A DNA stretch of 54,525 nt, from the IMG/VR virus record IMGVR_UViG_3300009181_001959, positions 1 to 54,525 of that record. One strand, written 5' to 3'. Shown one piece after another: positions 35,922-45,037 of this stretch. The position numbers and the translations under genes are program-made. This DNA is from a virus (Duplodnaviria > Caudoviricetes). Under the pieces are notes generated by a model. It ran no database searches. It had not been told where the DNA came from and saw nothing but the letters and a program-made list of their open reading frames with translations. The first letter of the stretch is position 1, and each line of letters opens with the position of its first letter.

Positions 35922-36006
35922 TAAGACATAATAAGAAAACGGGTAGACCGCAATAGTGTTCGAACTACTTAAGGGGATGGACGGCGAGGCTGGGCGAACG
36001 GTTCTT

Positions 36007-36034
36007 GGTTAGTTGGCGCTAACTAACCGTTTTG
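36007..36034 (+). terminator. 22-bp near-perfect palindrome plus T-run (terminator or protein site)
   Basis: GGTTAGTTGGC/GCTAACTAACC then GTTTT. Confidence 0.45.
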
Positions 36035-36837
36035 GTTCGGAAATTGGTTTGGAAAATACAACACCTTCACCAAAAATCGGTTGACAATTCGGCGGACCGT
36101 TATCTACCTTTCTCCACTTTGGTAACCGCCTAATGACCTCCCAAGACCTTTGTGTCTAAATTCGCCTTGATAACCTCCGAATGGATTACTAGTTAGTGCA
36201 GACAATCATAATGATAATGAACACACAAGTCAATAAGTCTAGTATACTATACACTAGTGGGTCACCGTATAGTATATCATACACTGTATAGGCCATGTTG
36301 ACTGTATATACTGTATAGCTAGACGGCTCAAACTAACCTTATGACTCTGTATATAAGAGTCTATACAGTCTCTAGGTTGCGGTGCCCCGCCTCTCGTGTA
36401 TATACACTGTAGAGCAGAGTGTAGACTGAGTGTAGAACCACACTAGAACACCGTTAAAAGGCGGTAGAAAAGTGTGAAAGAGTGTGATAAAGTGCAACAG
36501 ATTCGCGATTTCGCACCGTTTGAAAGGCCTAGGATGCAGAATAATGCACGTAAATTTTTTGGAGGCTCATGGTGACGAGAGGCTATGTTCAAATACTCTC
36601 TCAATGCTCATCTACGCAAGCCAAATACTCTCCCTACGCATCGCTACGCACACGCCATTCTCCTATAGTCCTCCCGTGTATATACAGTAACGTAAGGTGC
36701 CGCATCCATTTAGCCCTAGGATCAAAACCTTAACAAGAACTCTAATCAATATTGTCTACCTTGTGTACACGCTACACCCAAGACACCACAGCTAGCTCTT
36801 TGCTACGCAGTTCATACGCAGTGTGTACGTGCAAGAC

Positions 36838-37113
36838 CCCACAGCTAGACCATTAGTATATACAGGACTATATACACTATGCGCCTATACTGTTATAAAT
36901 GTACTTGCCATTGGACCACTCGTGAGTTGTTATGGAATCTTGTACGGGATAAAAATGGTTTTATCAGTGATCAGATCAGTCACATGTTGTTTTGGTTTCC
37001 AGAGTCTTGTAGGGACTTTGCATTGTTAATTGATCCCACGCTGGAACCCGTACCACGGGAAGATTATATTGTATAGTGCTATACACGCATACCCACAGCT
37101 AGACCATTAGTAT
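36838..37113 (+). repeat. 22-bp direct repeat CCCACAGCTAGACCATTAGTAT flanking a small ORF
   Basis: Exact copies at 36838-59 and 37092-113; partial copy at about 36779-95. Confidence 0.9.
36879..37076 (+). CDS. Small hypothetical protein
   Basis: 65 aa; loosely similar in pattern to 23240..23446 (MR.Y...FW.PE). Confidence 0.55.
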   Translation: MRLYCYKCTCHWTTRELLWNLVRDKNGFISDQISHMLFWFPESCRDFALLIDPTLEPVPREDYIV

Positions 37114-37236
37114 CAGTGTGCCCAATAACAAGCCCACGCCAAATGCTTGTACGCACATGAACATTAACGCTACACAATAGTATAGTTCATTGTCCAGTAT
37201 GGTGTATACGAAGTTCATGATAGTTGTTGACTGCAT
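37099..37236 (-). CDS. 45-aa putative membrane protein absent from the ORF track
   Basis: MQSTTIMNF...GVGLLLGTLILMV*; TAAATA at 37241-46. Confidence 0.4.
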   Translation of the reverse strand: MQSTTIMNFVYTILDNELYYCVALMFMCVQAFGVGLLLGTLILMV

Positions 37237-37260
37237 GTGATATTTACTATATAATATACT

Positions 37261-37320
37261 ATGAATTACATCATTTTATTTGTTATTTGGATCGCTATCT
37301 ATGTCATACTCATTGCTTGA
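37261..37320 (+). CDS. 19-aa hydrophobic peptide MNYIILFVIWIAIYVILIA
   Basis: TTGACT(37227)-17-TATAAT(37250) with ATG 5 nt downstream. Confidence 0.45.
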   Translation: MNYIILFVIWIAIYVILIA

Positions 37321-37422
37321 CATGTATTATACTTTAGCACGACTAGGACTTGGTCTTAGCGGAATTGTTTATGACATACAAATACCGCGGACGCGGTGCG
37401 CTTCGCGCAGTGAGGGCATAGC

Positions 37423-37956
37423 ATGAACTTGATCAACTATAATCTCAGCTGGCATCGTAAGGTAGTGCTCATACACGATTACTTTCCCCAAAATGTACTA
37501 GAGGATCTTGATCTTATGACGGCCACTAGTGCTTGGGGTTCTTATGCACAGGCACATAGAAGTGTCATGTCTGGTCATACGGGTGTCACTGACACCTATC
37601 TCAATACTATCGCAAGATCTCATGTGAGTGCTTGGGCAGGTAGGGCTTTGGTGTTAACCTCATGGCAGTTGTGGCGGGACACTGAGGGGTTAACTTATAG
37701 ATGGCACACGGATGCCAGGAAGTTCAAACCCGCTGAATATCACATGCAGATCTATTTGGGCCATGGAGATGCAAGTATGGGCACACGTTTTCATCACAGC
37801 ATATTCTCACCCAAGCCCACTATAGAACTGAGTTACACACGCAACGCCGGCTACTTCATGAGCAGACCACAGAACATATTACACAGCGTGGCGCCGGTGC
37901 CACCAAATCAATGCCGTGTCAGTGTGATAGCAAGGTACACACATGAGCCACAATAA
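37423..37956 (+). CDS. 2OG-Fe(II) oxygenase
   Basis: WHTD (HxD), GTRF, LHSV, RVS. Confidence 0.75.
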   Translation: MNLINYNLSWHRKVVLIHDYFPQNVLEDLDLMTATSAWGSYAQAHRSVMSGHTGVTDTYLNTIARSHVSAWAGRALVLTSWQLWRDTEGLTYRWHTDARKFKPAEYHMQIYLGHGDASMGTRFHHSIFSPKPTIELSYTRNAGYFMSRPQNILHSVAPVPPNQCRVSVIARYTHEPQ

Positions 37957-37976
37957 CTTTACATTAGGATAAAAAT

Positions 37977-38558
37977 ATGGGAATGAATATCAAACAAGCA
38001 TTGGACGATCATCTAACTAGAATAGACTCTGAGGCTTGGCTGGAAATAGGCACTGACAATGGATCAGAACAGACTGCACTACTCAGTGATCTGTGCCCCA
38101 CTCGTTTGTACAGCGTGGACATAGATCCTCAACGCATAGATAGAAACATCCACTACTATAGAGATAGAACCAATATAGAGTTTGTTTGTCAAGATGGCAG
38201 TGAGTTTGTTCAGCAACATCAGGGTCAGTTCAGCCTAGTGTTCTTGGACAACTTTGATTGGGACAACTGTAATTCAAAACCCTTTGAAGATAAAAGAACA
38301 CACATACAACAACAAATTGTTCGATACAAACAGTTAAACATGCACATGAACAATCTGCAGAGTCAAACTGTGCATTTGATCCAGTTGATGGCTGTACTGC
38401 CCTTGATGACTGAGCGTAGTGTGATCATAATTGATGACACTTATCTAACCCATGATGGAGTGTATGCAGGCAAGGGTGGGGCATGTGTACCCTTGCTGTT
38501 GTCACGGGGTTGGCAGTTCAAGGATTATGCAAACGGAGTGGCATGTTGGAAACTGTAA
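37977..38558 (+). CDS. SAM-dependent methyltransferase-like protein
   Basis: LEIGTD, SVDID, FLDNFD, IIIDDT, GKG. Confidence 0.75.
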   Translation: MGMNIKQALDDHLTRIDSEAWLEIGTDNGSEQTALLSDLCPTRLYSVDIDPQRIDRNIHYYRDRTNIEFVCQDGSEFVQQHQGQFSLVFLDNFDWDNCNSKPFEDKRTHIQQQIVRYKQLNMHMNNLQSQTVHLIQLMAVLPLMTERSVIIIDDTYLTHDGVYAGKGGACVPLLLSRGWQFKDYANGVACWKL

Positions 38559-39769
38559 AATTAACTCACTGGTGGTTTAAACATGCAGTGGGCACACACT
38601 ACAGTAATATTACAGATCTTAAGGAAGAAGACCTAGGACGCTTCAGCAAGCAACGACAACTATTAATGGTCAATAGTGAGATACACATGACCAGGCCCAA
38701 GTGTCAGTACATCTATGAGATATACCTGCCCTTTAACAGTCTAAGTGAAGCGTTGGATCTGTTACTCGAGAGTAGGGATGCATTGACATTAAACAACGTT
38801 TGTGACGAGGTTGTGGAAGATGTTCGTGCTGGCAGTTGCTTTCTCTTTTTGAACAACTGTTGTGAAGCTTGGTTTGACTCACTGTTTATAGGTCAAATAG
38901 TTGAATACTTCACCAGCAAGCAGATACCATTACAGCAGATCATATATTTCAGCAATGCTGCCAATCATGCCAGTTTGCCCAGCGGCGGCATGCAGACTTG
39001 TCATGCGCCTGTGTTTTTAAGAGATCATAGAAGATTTTACAAGATGCTGCCTTCTAACACGGAATTGGATCACGTGCAGAATCGGCAGTTGAACGCACAT
39101 AGTTTTCTCTGTTACAACTACAATCATCATGCACAGCGTGTGCTGTTACTGGCTCTTCTAGCTCGAGAAGGCATATTGGGTCAGGGGCTGGTCAGTATGC
39201 CCGCCAAAAGCTACAGAGGAACATATCTAGAGGCCTATGAAGAATATAGGGATAAAATAGACACTGTGGAGTTGGGGTTGGATGCGCATTGGGGTCAAGT
39301 GGTCAATAGTCAGTTGCCCTTAGAGCTCATAGCCAATTTCAATAGAAGCATCCAGGATCGTGCTGACAATGCCATTGAACAGTATCTAAACACCATGTTT
39401 AGCCTAGTCACTGAAACATTTTTCTTTAGAGATGAAGTTCACCTAACTGAAAAAATATACAAGCCCATTAGCTTCAAGCATCCATTTGTATTGGTCAGTA
39501 CACCAGGATCATTGGCCTGGTTAAAAAGTCAAGGATTTAAAACTTTCCATGACTACTGGGACGAAAGTTATGATCTTGAAACTAACCATGCCAAGAGGTT
39601 GACCCAAATAGTCAACTTGGTCAAAACAATCACAGCTTGGGATTTGAGCCAACGCCAAGATTTTATATATAGTGTTTGGCCCATCTTGGAGCACAACTAC
39701 CAGCGTCTAAGAGAACTAGAAATGTCTGATAGTTGGGGTCAAGAGTTTATTGAACGTTACGGTGTCTAG
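38543..39769 (+). CDS. Glycosyltransferase-like protein (GT10-like C-terminus)
   Basis: Start MLETVK after GGAG; LVTETFF, LTEKIYKPI, HPF, GFKTF, DESYD. Confidence 0.6.
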   Translation: MLETVKLTHWWFKHAVGTHYSNITDLKEEDLGRFSKQRQLLMVNSEIHMTRPKCQYIYEIYLPFNSLSEALDLLLESRDALTLNNVCDEVVEDVRAGSCFLFLNNCCEAWFDSLFIGQIVEYFTSKQIPLQQIIYFSNAANHASLPSGGMQTCHAPVFLRDHRRFYKMLPSNTELDHVQNRQLNAHSFLCYNYNHHAQRVLLLALLAREGILGQGLVSMPAKSYRGTYLEAYEEYRDKIDTVELGLDAHWGQVVNSQLPLELIANFNRSIQDRADNAIEQYLNTMFSLVTETFFFRDEVHLTEKIYKPISFKHPFVLVSTPGSLAWLKSQGFKTFHDYWDESYDLETNHAKRLTQIVNLVKTITAWDLSQRQDFIYSVWPILEHNYQRLRELEMSDSWGQEFIERYGV

Positions 39770-40979
39770 TGTTGCCCCAGTGTACTACCTGTAAGGTAGT
39801 GTTGGCATATTTGCGCCAAGGGTCAACCACCACGCTGCCTGTCTCTATAGCACAGTACAATTGGTCTTCCACAGTCTCGGCGTATTTGTAGGTCGTGCTG
39901 GCGCTGTGTGCCAATAAAACAATGCCTTTGATGCTAATGGGTGTGTGGGGTTCAGTTAGTGGATCAATGTAGGTGACTGGATACCCCATGTGCTCACAGT
40001 AGTGGCCCACCAGCAGACTATAACTACCTGTGACATATTCCACACGGGGCTTGTAGGCCTTGCCATGAATGAATATGGGTAGTTCATGCTCATGTGCCAA
40101 ACGAACCAATTCTTTGGCCAGATTCTCTGCTTGAATCTCTCTGGCATGCATGATGCTGTCAAATAGGTCATAGCCCAAATCTAACCGTTGTGCCATGTAG
40201 CGTAGGGCTATGTTGTCTCTGGGGTGGCAAGCACCACCATCTCCCATGCCCGCTGTCATGTACTGTGGTCCCATGATGCGCATGGTACTCTTGGCCAGGG
40301 CACTAGTAACCACATCCACATTGATGTTGCCCTGCTTTTGAGCCACATCCAATATCATGTTGACCAAACCAATCTTGGCTGATATAAAGGTGTTGTAAAA
40401 CACTTTGATACATTCACATTCATCCCATGTGCCAATTTCATAGCGAGGATCGTTTTGCATTATGCTCTTGTAAAAGTCCACCAATTGTTCAGCATCACCG
40501 GTCAGGCTTCCATCTTCAGTACCAATCATAACCATTTCTGGGTTCACCATGTCCCATGCCACACTGCCCATAGCAATCAAATAGGGATTGTAAACAAACC
40601 TAGCATTGGTAATGCAGGGTATAAACTGTTGTCTTACTGTGCCAGGCAGTACTGTTGATATAAGAACCAATAGTTGATTCTTATTCATATATTGGTTTGC
40701 CTGTTTTAAAACATCAACCACAATGTCATAGGCAAAGTCTTTGGGATCCAATAGCGCAGTTGGGCCACTGCCATCATACTGTGGGTCATGTGGAGTTGGA
40801 ACTGCAACAAACACAATGTCTCTATCCTTGACACACTCTTGTATGTTAGACACTACACAAACATGTTCACTGGTTCGTAACTCAACATCATAACCAATTA
40901 CTTCATGTCCACCCATGGCCATTTGTTCTGCACAGGGCATGCCTAACTTGCCCAAACCAATAAATCCAACCTTAGTCAA
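39747..40979 (-). CDS. ugd: UDP-glucose/GDP-mannose 6-dehydrogenase
   Basis: GLGKLG, AVPTP, STVLPGT, NP, KVFYN, GGACHPRD, YKP. Confidence 0.9.
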   Translation of the reverse strand: MTKVGFIGLGKLGMPCAEQMAMGGHEVIGYDVELRTSEHVCVVSNIQECVKDRDIVFVAVPTPHDPQYDGSGPTALLDPKDFAYDIVVDVLKQANQYMNKNQLLVLISTVLPGTVRQQFIPCITNARFVYNPYLIAMGSVAWDMVNPEMVMIGTEDGSLTGDAEQLVDFYKSIMQNDPRYEIGTWDECECIKVFYNTFISAKIGLVNMILDVAQKQGNINVDVVTSALAKSTMRIMGPQYMTAGMGDGGACHPRDNIALRYMAQRLDLGYDLFDSIMHAREIQAENLAKELVRLAHEHELPIFIHGKAYKPRVEYVTGSYSLLVGHYCEHMGYPVTYIDPLTEPHTPISIKGIVLLAHSASTTYKYAETVEDQLYCAIETGSVVVDPWRKYANTTLQVVHWGNTRHRNVQ

Positions 40980-41275
40980 TTAAATGTCTCCAATAACAAA
41001 CGAACATAACCGCTGAGGTCAATGATGGTCATGCAAATGCTCAATACCACAATGCCCATGCTGCCGCGGCTGATGCCACAGAATATCATTAGGATTGTGC
41101 CACTGAGCCAGATGGGGTAAGTCCATAAGAATGGCACATTGGGTGCTGTTAGTGCAAAGATAATGGCTGCTGTCAGTGTGGCTATGCAGTTCCAAGTCTC
41201 ACCGGCCAGTCTCCATGGGTTGGAGTGCCAGTCGTTTTTAATCCATTGTATGGTTGTTTGTAATGCTAATTTCAT
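40976..41275 (-). CDS. Small membrane protein (3 TM)
   Basis: Hydrophobic segments. Confidence 0.75.
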   Translation of the reverse strand: MKLALQTTIQWIKNDWHSNPWRLAGETWNCIATLTAAIIFALTAPNVPFLWTYPIWLSGTILMIFCGISRGSMGIVVLSICMTIIDLSGYVRLLLETFN

Positions 41276-41772
41276 TGTGTCCTTAGTTGATCAATGTATT
41301 CAATAATTATGCCTGCGGCCTTCATGTTGCCATAAAAATCGATACGATTGTCACTGGACTCATAGTCAGGATAGCTGACTCTATATACTCTAGTTAGTTT
41401 GAGATAGTTCATTATTTCTTGATCTACCAACCCCCAAGTAAAACCAATATTAGTTTCTTCAGGATCAATAAAATGAACTGTGGGAATTTGTCTATCTCTC
41501 AATAATGTTTCAATATCCAATTGTGTTTTGAGATATTGTTCTTGTTCTAAAGCACCTTCAGTATGGTGTGCATGGAATACCAATGCTATGTCAATCTCAG
41601 GTACTGTTTGAATACGATCCAAAATGCCCTGCTCACTGATGCCATTGGGAACACCTTTGGCCACCAATGTGGCAGTTGCTCCGTAATGAGTCAGTATGAG
41701 ATCCACAAAGGTACTAACGGGTTTGCTGTTGCGTCTGCCACAAATGACATCGCCAAAAAATGCTAGGTTCAT
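41272..41772 (-). CDS. Hypothetical protein (degenerate SGNH-like)
   Basis: Start MNLAFFGD after TAAGTA; catalytic Ser not evident. Confidence 0.55.
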   Translation of the reverse strand: MNLAFFGDVICGRRNSKPVSTFVDLILTHYGATATLVAKGVPNGISEQGILDRIQTVPEIDIALVFHAHHTEGALEQEQYLKTQLDIETLLRDRQIPTVHFIDPEETNIGFTWGLVDQEIMNYLKLTRVYRVSYPDYESSDNRIDFYGNMKAAGIIIEYIDQLRTQ

Positions 41773-41786
41773 ACAATACTTAGTCA

Positions 41787-41811
41787 AATAAAAAGCACCC
41801 TAAGGTGCTTT
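41787..41811 (-). terminator. Intrinsic terminator
   Basis: AAAGCACC-TTAG-GGTGCTTT-TTATT. Confidence 0.75.
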
Positions 41812-41829
41812 CTACATGCTAACGTCTAA

Positions 41830-42111
41830 TTAAAGACTGTTAACAGTCAAGCCCATTGACTTGGCTTTGTAGCCAAGAGCAACGATTTCACGGCTAGGAC
41901 GGCCCATTGCATACTCAGTTACTTGAACACCGTTACCAGCTTTGCGGCCGTTGGTGTAAACCGCATAGCCCATGTGGCGAATGCGACTTGCTTCAGCGGC
42001 AAGGTTTTTAATGCCAAAACGCTTTTCAGCTTGGCTAGCAGTAACAGTTTCGCCTTTGTAAAGTGCCGAGAACAGTTTGAACGTCTTTGTTTCTGGATTG
42101 AATAATTTCAT
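41830..42111 (-). CDS. Winged-helix DNA-binding protein
   Basis: GETVTASQAEKRFGIKNLAAEASRIRHMGYAV; own promoter. Confidence 0.7.
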   Translation of the reverse strand: MKLFNPETKTFKLFSALYKGETVTASQAEKRFGIKNLAAEASRIRHMGYAVYTNGRKAGNGVQVTEYAMGRPSREIVALGYKAKSMGLTVNSL

Positions 42112-42160
42112 TTTTTGTTTCCTCTTTGTGTGTATTGGTGCTACTCACCAACGTAAGACT

Positions 42161-42189
42161 AGTATAACATTACTAAGCCTGCAGGTCAA
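42161..42189 (-). promoter_or_regulatory. Sigma70-type promoter; upstream stop in the -35 box
   Basis: TTGACC-17-TATACT. Confidence 0.7.
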
Positions 42190-42560
42190 GCAATTTGGTT
42201 ATCTTGCTTGAGTTCAGGATGCCAAAAACGCTGGCCAGGAAACCTTTCGGAGACCGCTACCATGACATGATGTAAATTGTGTGCTTGTGCCAAAAATTCG
42301 CCAGTGGCCTTGTTGTAGGCAAATACAGCATCATTCACCTGTTCAATTACTACTTCAATGGCATCCTCGGGCAAGTTATTTTCTTCTATTATTTTCAAAC
42401 GGGCCAACTCAGTTTTCAGCTGGGTCAACAAATCAATCATGCTGTCTGGATCTTTGCTGACTTTGGTGATAAACTTGTGTGCTTGTCTAAACTCGCCAAC
42501 AACTATGCCCGCAATAAAACAAACAATGCTGACAATAATCAATGTGGTATCAATATCCAT
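42186..42560 (-). CDS. Membrane-anchored hypothetical protein
   Basis: Start MDIDTT; N-terminal TM helix. Confidence 0.75.
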   Translation of the reverse strand: MDIDTTLIIVSIVCFIAGIVVGEFRQAHKFITKVSKDPDSMIDLLTQLKTELARLKIIEENNLPEDAIEVVIEQVNDAVFAYNKATGEFLAQAHNLHHVMVAVSERFPGQRFWHPELKQDNQIA

Positions 42561-42561
42561 T

Positions 42562-42735
42562 TTAAGTTTCCTGAAATGTAAAGCGTGATAAAAATGCACC
42601 AACCAAACAGTTGTAATGTTTGTCTGTGCCCTTCAAAGTGTAATAGATAATAGTGCCAGCGTCAGTTGTCGTTACCGATGTAACGACAAACAATCGTCTT
42701 TCACTGCTGGTCCAACATGAACCCGTCTTAACCAT
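42562..42735 (-). CDS. Small hypothetical protein
   Basis: Start MVKTGS; ends CLVGAFLSRF. Confidence 0.6.
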   Translation of the reverse strand: MVKTGSCWTSSERRLFVVTSVTTTDAGTIIYYTLKGTDKHYNCLVGAFLSRFTFQET

Positions 42736-43027
42736 GTATGCGTCCCAAATGTTTAATGTATTTAAACAAGTTCTTGTTATCTTTGGGTTGCCAAAACTTA
42801 CCCTCTTCTCCGCAACGGTCATCAAGTTTGGGATGGCCAATACGTGCAACACCACAGGTTTCATATCTAGATTCAACTTTGATTTCGCCCAATACAGGAT
42901 CCTGTTCAAAGTGTTCAGGAGTAAATGCCTTACGACAAGTAAAGGCGTGCCTATTGGATCCGTGTGCCATCCAATTGGCGAATGTTCTAAAACTGTGTTT
43001 ACAATCTTTACAAAGTACCTGTTCCAT
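42728..43027 (-). CDS. Cys-rich hypothetical protein
   Basis: CKDCKH...C...C...CGEEGKFW. Confidence 0.75.
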   Translation of the reverse strand: MEQVLCKDCKHSFRTFANWMAHGSNRHAFTCRKAFTPEHFEQDPVLGEIKVESRYETCGVARIGHPKLDDRCGEEGKFWQPKDNKNLFKYIKHLGRIHG

Positions 43028-43478
43028 TGTGCTCTTTCGTTAGTTGTGCAATTAAAATAAAACGTTCGTAGGCCTTACGAACACTGGGATTGGTCATGAG
43101 TTTTTCAGCTTCCGCCATCATAGCGTTAATACCAGCTTCCGCATGATCTCTGGCACTACCATAGGTCAACGGACATAATTCATCACCAAGCTCTTTGGCT
43201 AGCTTACTCCAGGCCTTCTTCTGTCCAGGGGTAACAGGAGTACGAGAAGGCCTCATTTCGCTGGCTTTACTAATAGCCTGGCAAATAGCATCTTCAGCTA
43301 CACGGCCTGCGGCAATCATGGGAGCATAGGCAGGATCAATATTGTATCTACGACTAGAACCACCAGGGTATACTTGTACCAAGTGATTACCTTTAGTAAA
43401 ACTGTCCATAAAGTCGCTGTCATGTTCGGCAACAGGCACATACTTGCGTCCAACTTTTTCGTAGTAAATCTTTTTCAT
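43008..43478 (-). CDS. Hypothetical protein
   Basis: 156 aa, AGGA RBS. Confidence 0.8.
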   Translation of the reverse strand: MKKIYYEKVGRKYVPVAEHDSDFMDSFTKGNHLVQVYPGGSSRRYNIDPAYAPMIAAGRVAEDAICQAISKASEMRPSRTPVTPGQKKAWSKLAKELGDELCPLTYGSARDHAEAGINAMMAEAEKLMTNPSVRKAYERFILIAQLTKEHNGTGTL

Positions 43479-43497
43479 ATAATCCTGTCTGTGTTAA

Positions 43498-43572
43498 TGG
43501 TCCGCCCACCAAGAATCGAACTTGGAAATCAGACTTAGAAGGTCTGTGTTATATCCATTTAACTATGGGCAG
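43498..43572 (-). tRNA. tRNA-Arg (TCT)
   Basis: CTGCCCA/TGGGCGG acceptor, CAGAC-CT-TCT-AA-GTCTG, GTTCGATTC, encoded CCA. Confidence 0.92.
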
Positions 43573-43582
43573 ATGTTAGTTA

Positions 43583-43611
43583 ATTATACTGTCACTTGAT
43601 GAGACTGTCAA
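43583..43611 (-). promoter_or_regulatory. Sigma70 promoter for tRNA-Arg
   Basis: TTGACA-17-TATAAT. Confidence 0.8.
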
Positions 43612-44005
43612 CGTATTTCTGGCCCCATTTGAGTTGCCAAAATGTATGATCGGAGCCTTTGAGCCATGCTTGAACAACATAGTCTGTGTGATAACTTGAT
43701 GGATTTTGATATCGGTGCCACATGGGAACTTCCACACTCTTTTCCATTATCCATTTTCCAACTTCACTGTTTTGCCATTCATATAATGGTTGTGCGGCAT
43801 ACAGGTCTGGATCTTCCACATCACCCATTCTAAAACGGTGTACTATAATTTTGTGTATTTGGTGTACCTTGTCATCTATTATCATATAATCATTTATCCT
43901 GATACCTTTTGATTTACCAAAATGTCCAGACTTGTAATAATGATTCTTGAGATATGACGCAGTGGTAAAGTCTCCGTTTGGCAGTTTAATAACGGGTTCA
44001 TTCAA
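43592..44005 (-). CDS. Hypothetical protein (FxLKW family)
   Basis: GDVEDPDLYAA; TFWQLKW. Confidence 0.75.
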   Translation of the reverse strand: MNEPVIKLPNGDFTTASYLKNHYYKSGHFGKSKGIRINDYMIIDDKVHQIHKIIVHRFRMGDVEDPDLYAAQPLYEWQNSEVGKWIMEKSVEVPMWHRYQNPSSYHTDYVVQAWLKGSDHTFWQLKWGQKYVDSLIK

Positions 44006-44360
44006 TTGCTTCTCCGGTTACTATGCGTTGCAGTAACTCAAAGTTGTCTTCTGCTTTCTTTAATTTTTCCAATGCTTTCATCAGTGCGGGATTGTTCTGT
44101 GCAATGGTCATTCTATTCAAAGCCATTTGCCGTTGTGCCCTGGCCCACATGAGCAAGTCCTGTGTTTCTTGATCCAAACTCACAGTGGCATAGCTGGTAG
44201 TCATGTTCATCCAAGCACTGCCATCAAACACCTGCATGTCGTTGCCCCAAATACGAATCATGCCTTGCATGGGGGTTGAGTGATTTTGATTAACATAGGG
44301 TACGCTGGTATTGCCATTACCAACCACAATACCTTTCTCACCCATTAGGCCTTTGATCAT
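43998..44360 (-). CDS. Hypothetical protein
   Basis: MQVFDGSAW; NPALMKALE. Confidence 0.75.
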   Translation of the reverse strand: MIKGLMGEKGIVVGNGNTSVPYVNQNHSTPMQGMIRIWGNDMQVFDGSAWMNMTTSYATVSLDQETQDLLMWARAQRQMALNRMTIAQNNPALMKALEKLKKAEDNFELLQRIVTGEAIE

Positions 44361-44563
44361 TTCCTAAACCTCGGCATGACATTGTGTCCTGTATATTGAA
44401 AAGAATCCAGCATGGGTAATAGTCCAGCTAAATCGTCACTAGGATGTCGTCCGATTATAGGGAAAGCATCCCCGTCTCGGAGCATAAAGTACAGCTTCTC
44501 TGTGCCTTCTTCAATTTGATATTCAAAGATATATTGCAAGTCTTCGAGTGTCATCCTTGGCAC
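44357..44563 (-). CDS. Hypothetical protein
   Basis: 68 aa, GTG start. Confidence 0.55.
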   Translation of the reverse strand: MPRMTLEDLQYIFEYQIEEGTEKLYFMLRDGDAFPIIGRHPSDDLAGLLPMLDSFQYTGHNVMPRFRK

Positions 44564-44840
44564 CTAACAACGTGTGAGAACATGGTCCTGCCGTTTTTCT
44601 GAGTATAGGTAAACCGCAAAAAGCATCGTGGACATGTGACCCGTATTGTATGTGTCATAGTTCAACTTTATCTTTGGGAATCTGGTTATAGGGCATATTG
44701 TGTTTGAAGCTTTGTTCCATAATATGAGCCAAATCTTCTTCAAATTTGGTATATCCGGGATTGGCTCGTAGTCGTAGCCAAAATGGACTATTGGTGTCAT
44801 TGCTGAACACTTCTTTGATACTGGTTTTATATGCTGTCAT
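44564..44840 (-). CDS. Small hypothetical gene; reading frame ambiguous (44564..44800 vs 44655..44840)
   Basis: The ATG at 44840 is coupled to the upstream stop, but 44564..44800 abuts the next gene. Confidence 0.4.
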
Positions 44841-45037
44841 TCTTCAACTCCAAAATGTTGTTTAATTCGATATCCAGCCATCCAACTTCCTTGTTCTGCA
44901 CATTTGTCTGCTTCAGCAGCACACTCCTTGACAATCAGTTCGGCGAACTTTTCCATTTCTTCATTAATGCCCATCGACTCAATAACGAAATCGTATAGCC
45001 CAGCCTGCTCCATAAGTTCTCGAATTCGTTTGTTCAT
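44837..45037 (-). CDS. MNERIREL/FAELIV/HFGVEE family protein
   Basis: Start MNKRIREL at 45037; KFAELIVKECA; HFGVEE. Confidence 0.8.
   Translation of the reverse strand: MNKRIRELMEQAGLYDFVIESMGINEEMEKFAELIVKECAAEADKCAEQGSWMAGYRIKQHFGVEE

Noticed and set aside
36081-36110. Additional plus-strand promoter at TTGACA 36081
   Set aside because: No acceptable -10 hexamer at 16-18 nt spacing
36484-36690. 68-aa ORF in the non-coding region
   Set aside because: GTG start without a clear RBS or promoter, and no recognisable protein features
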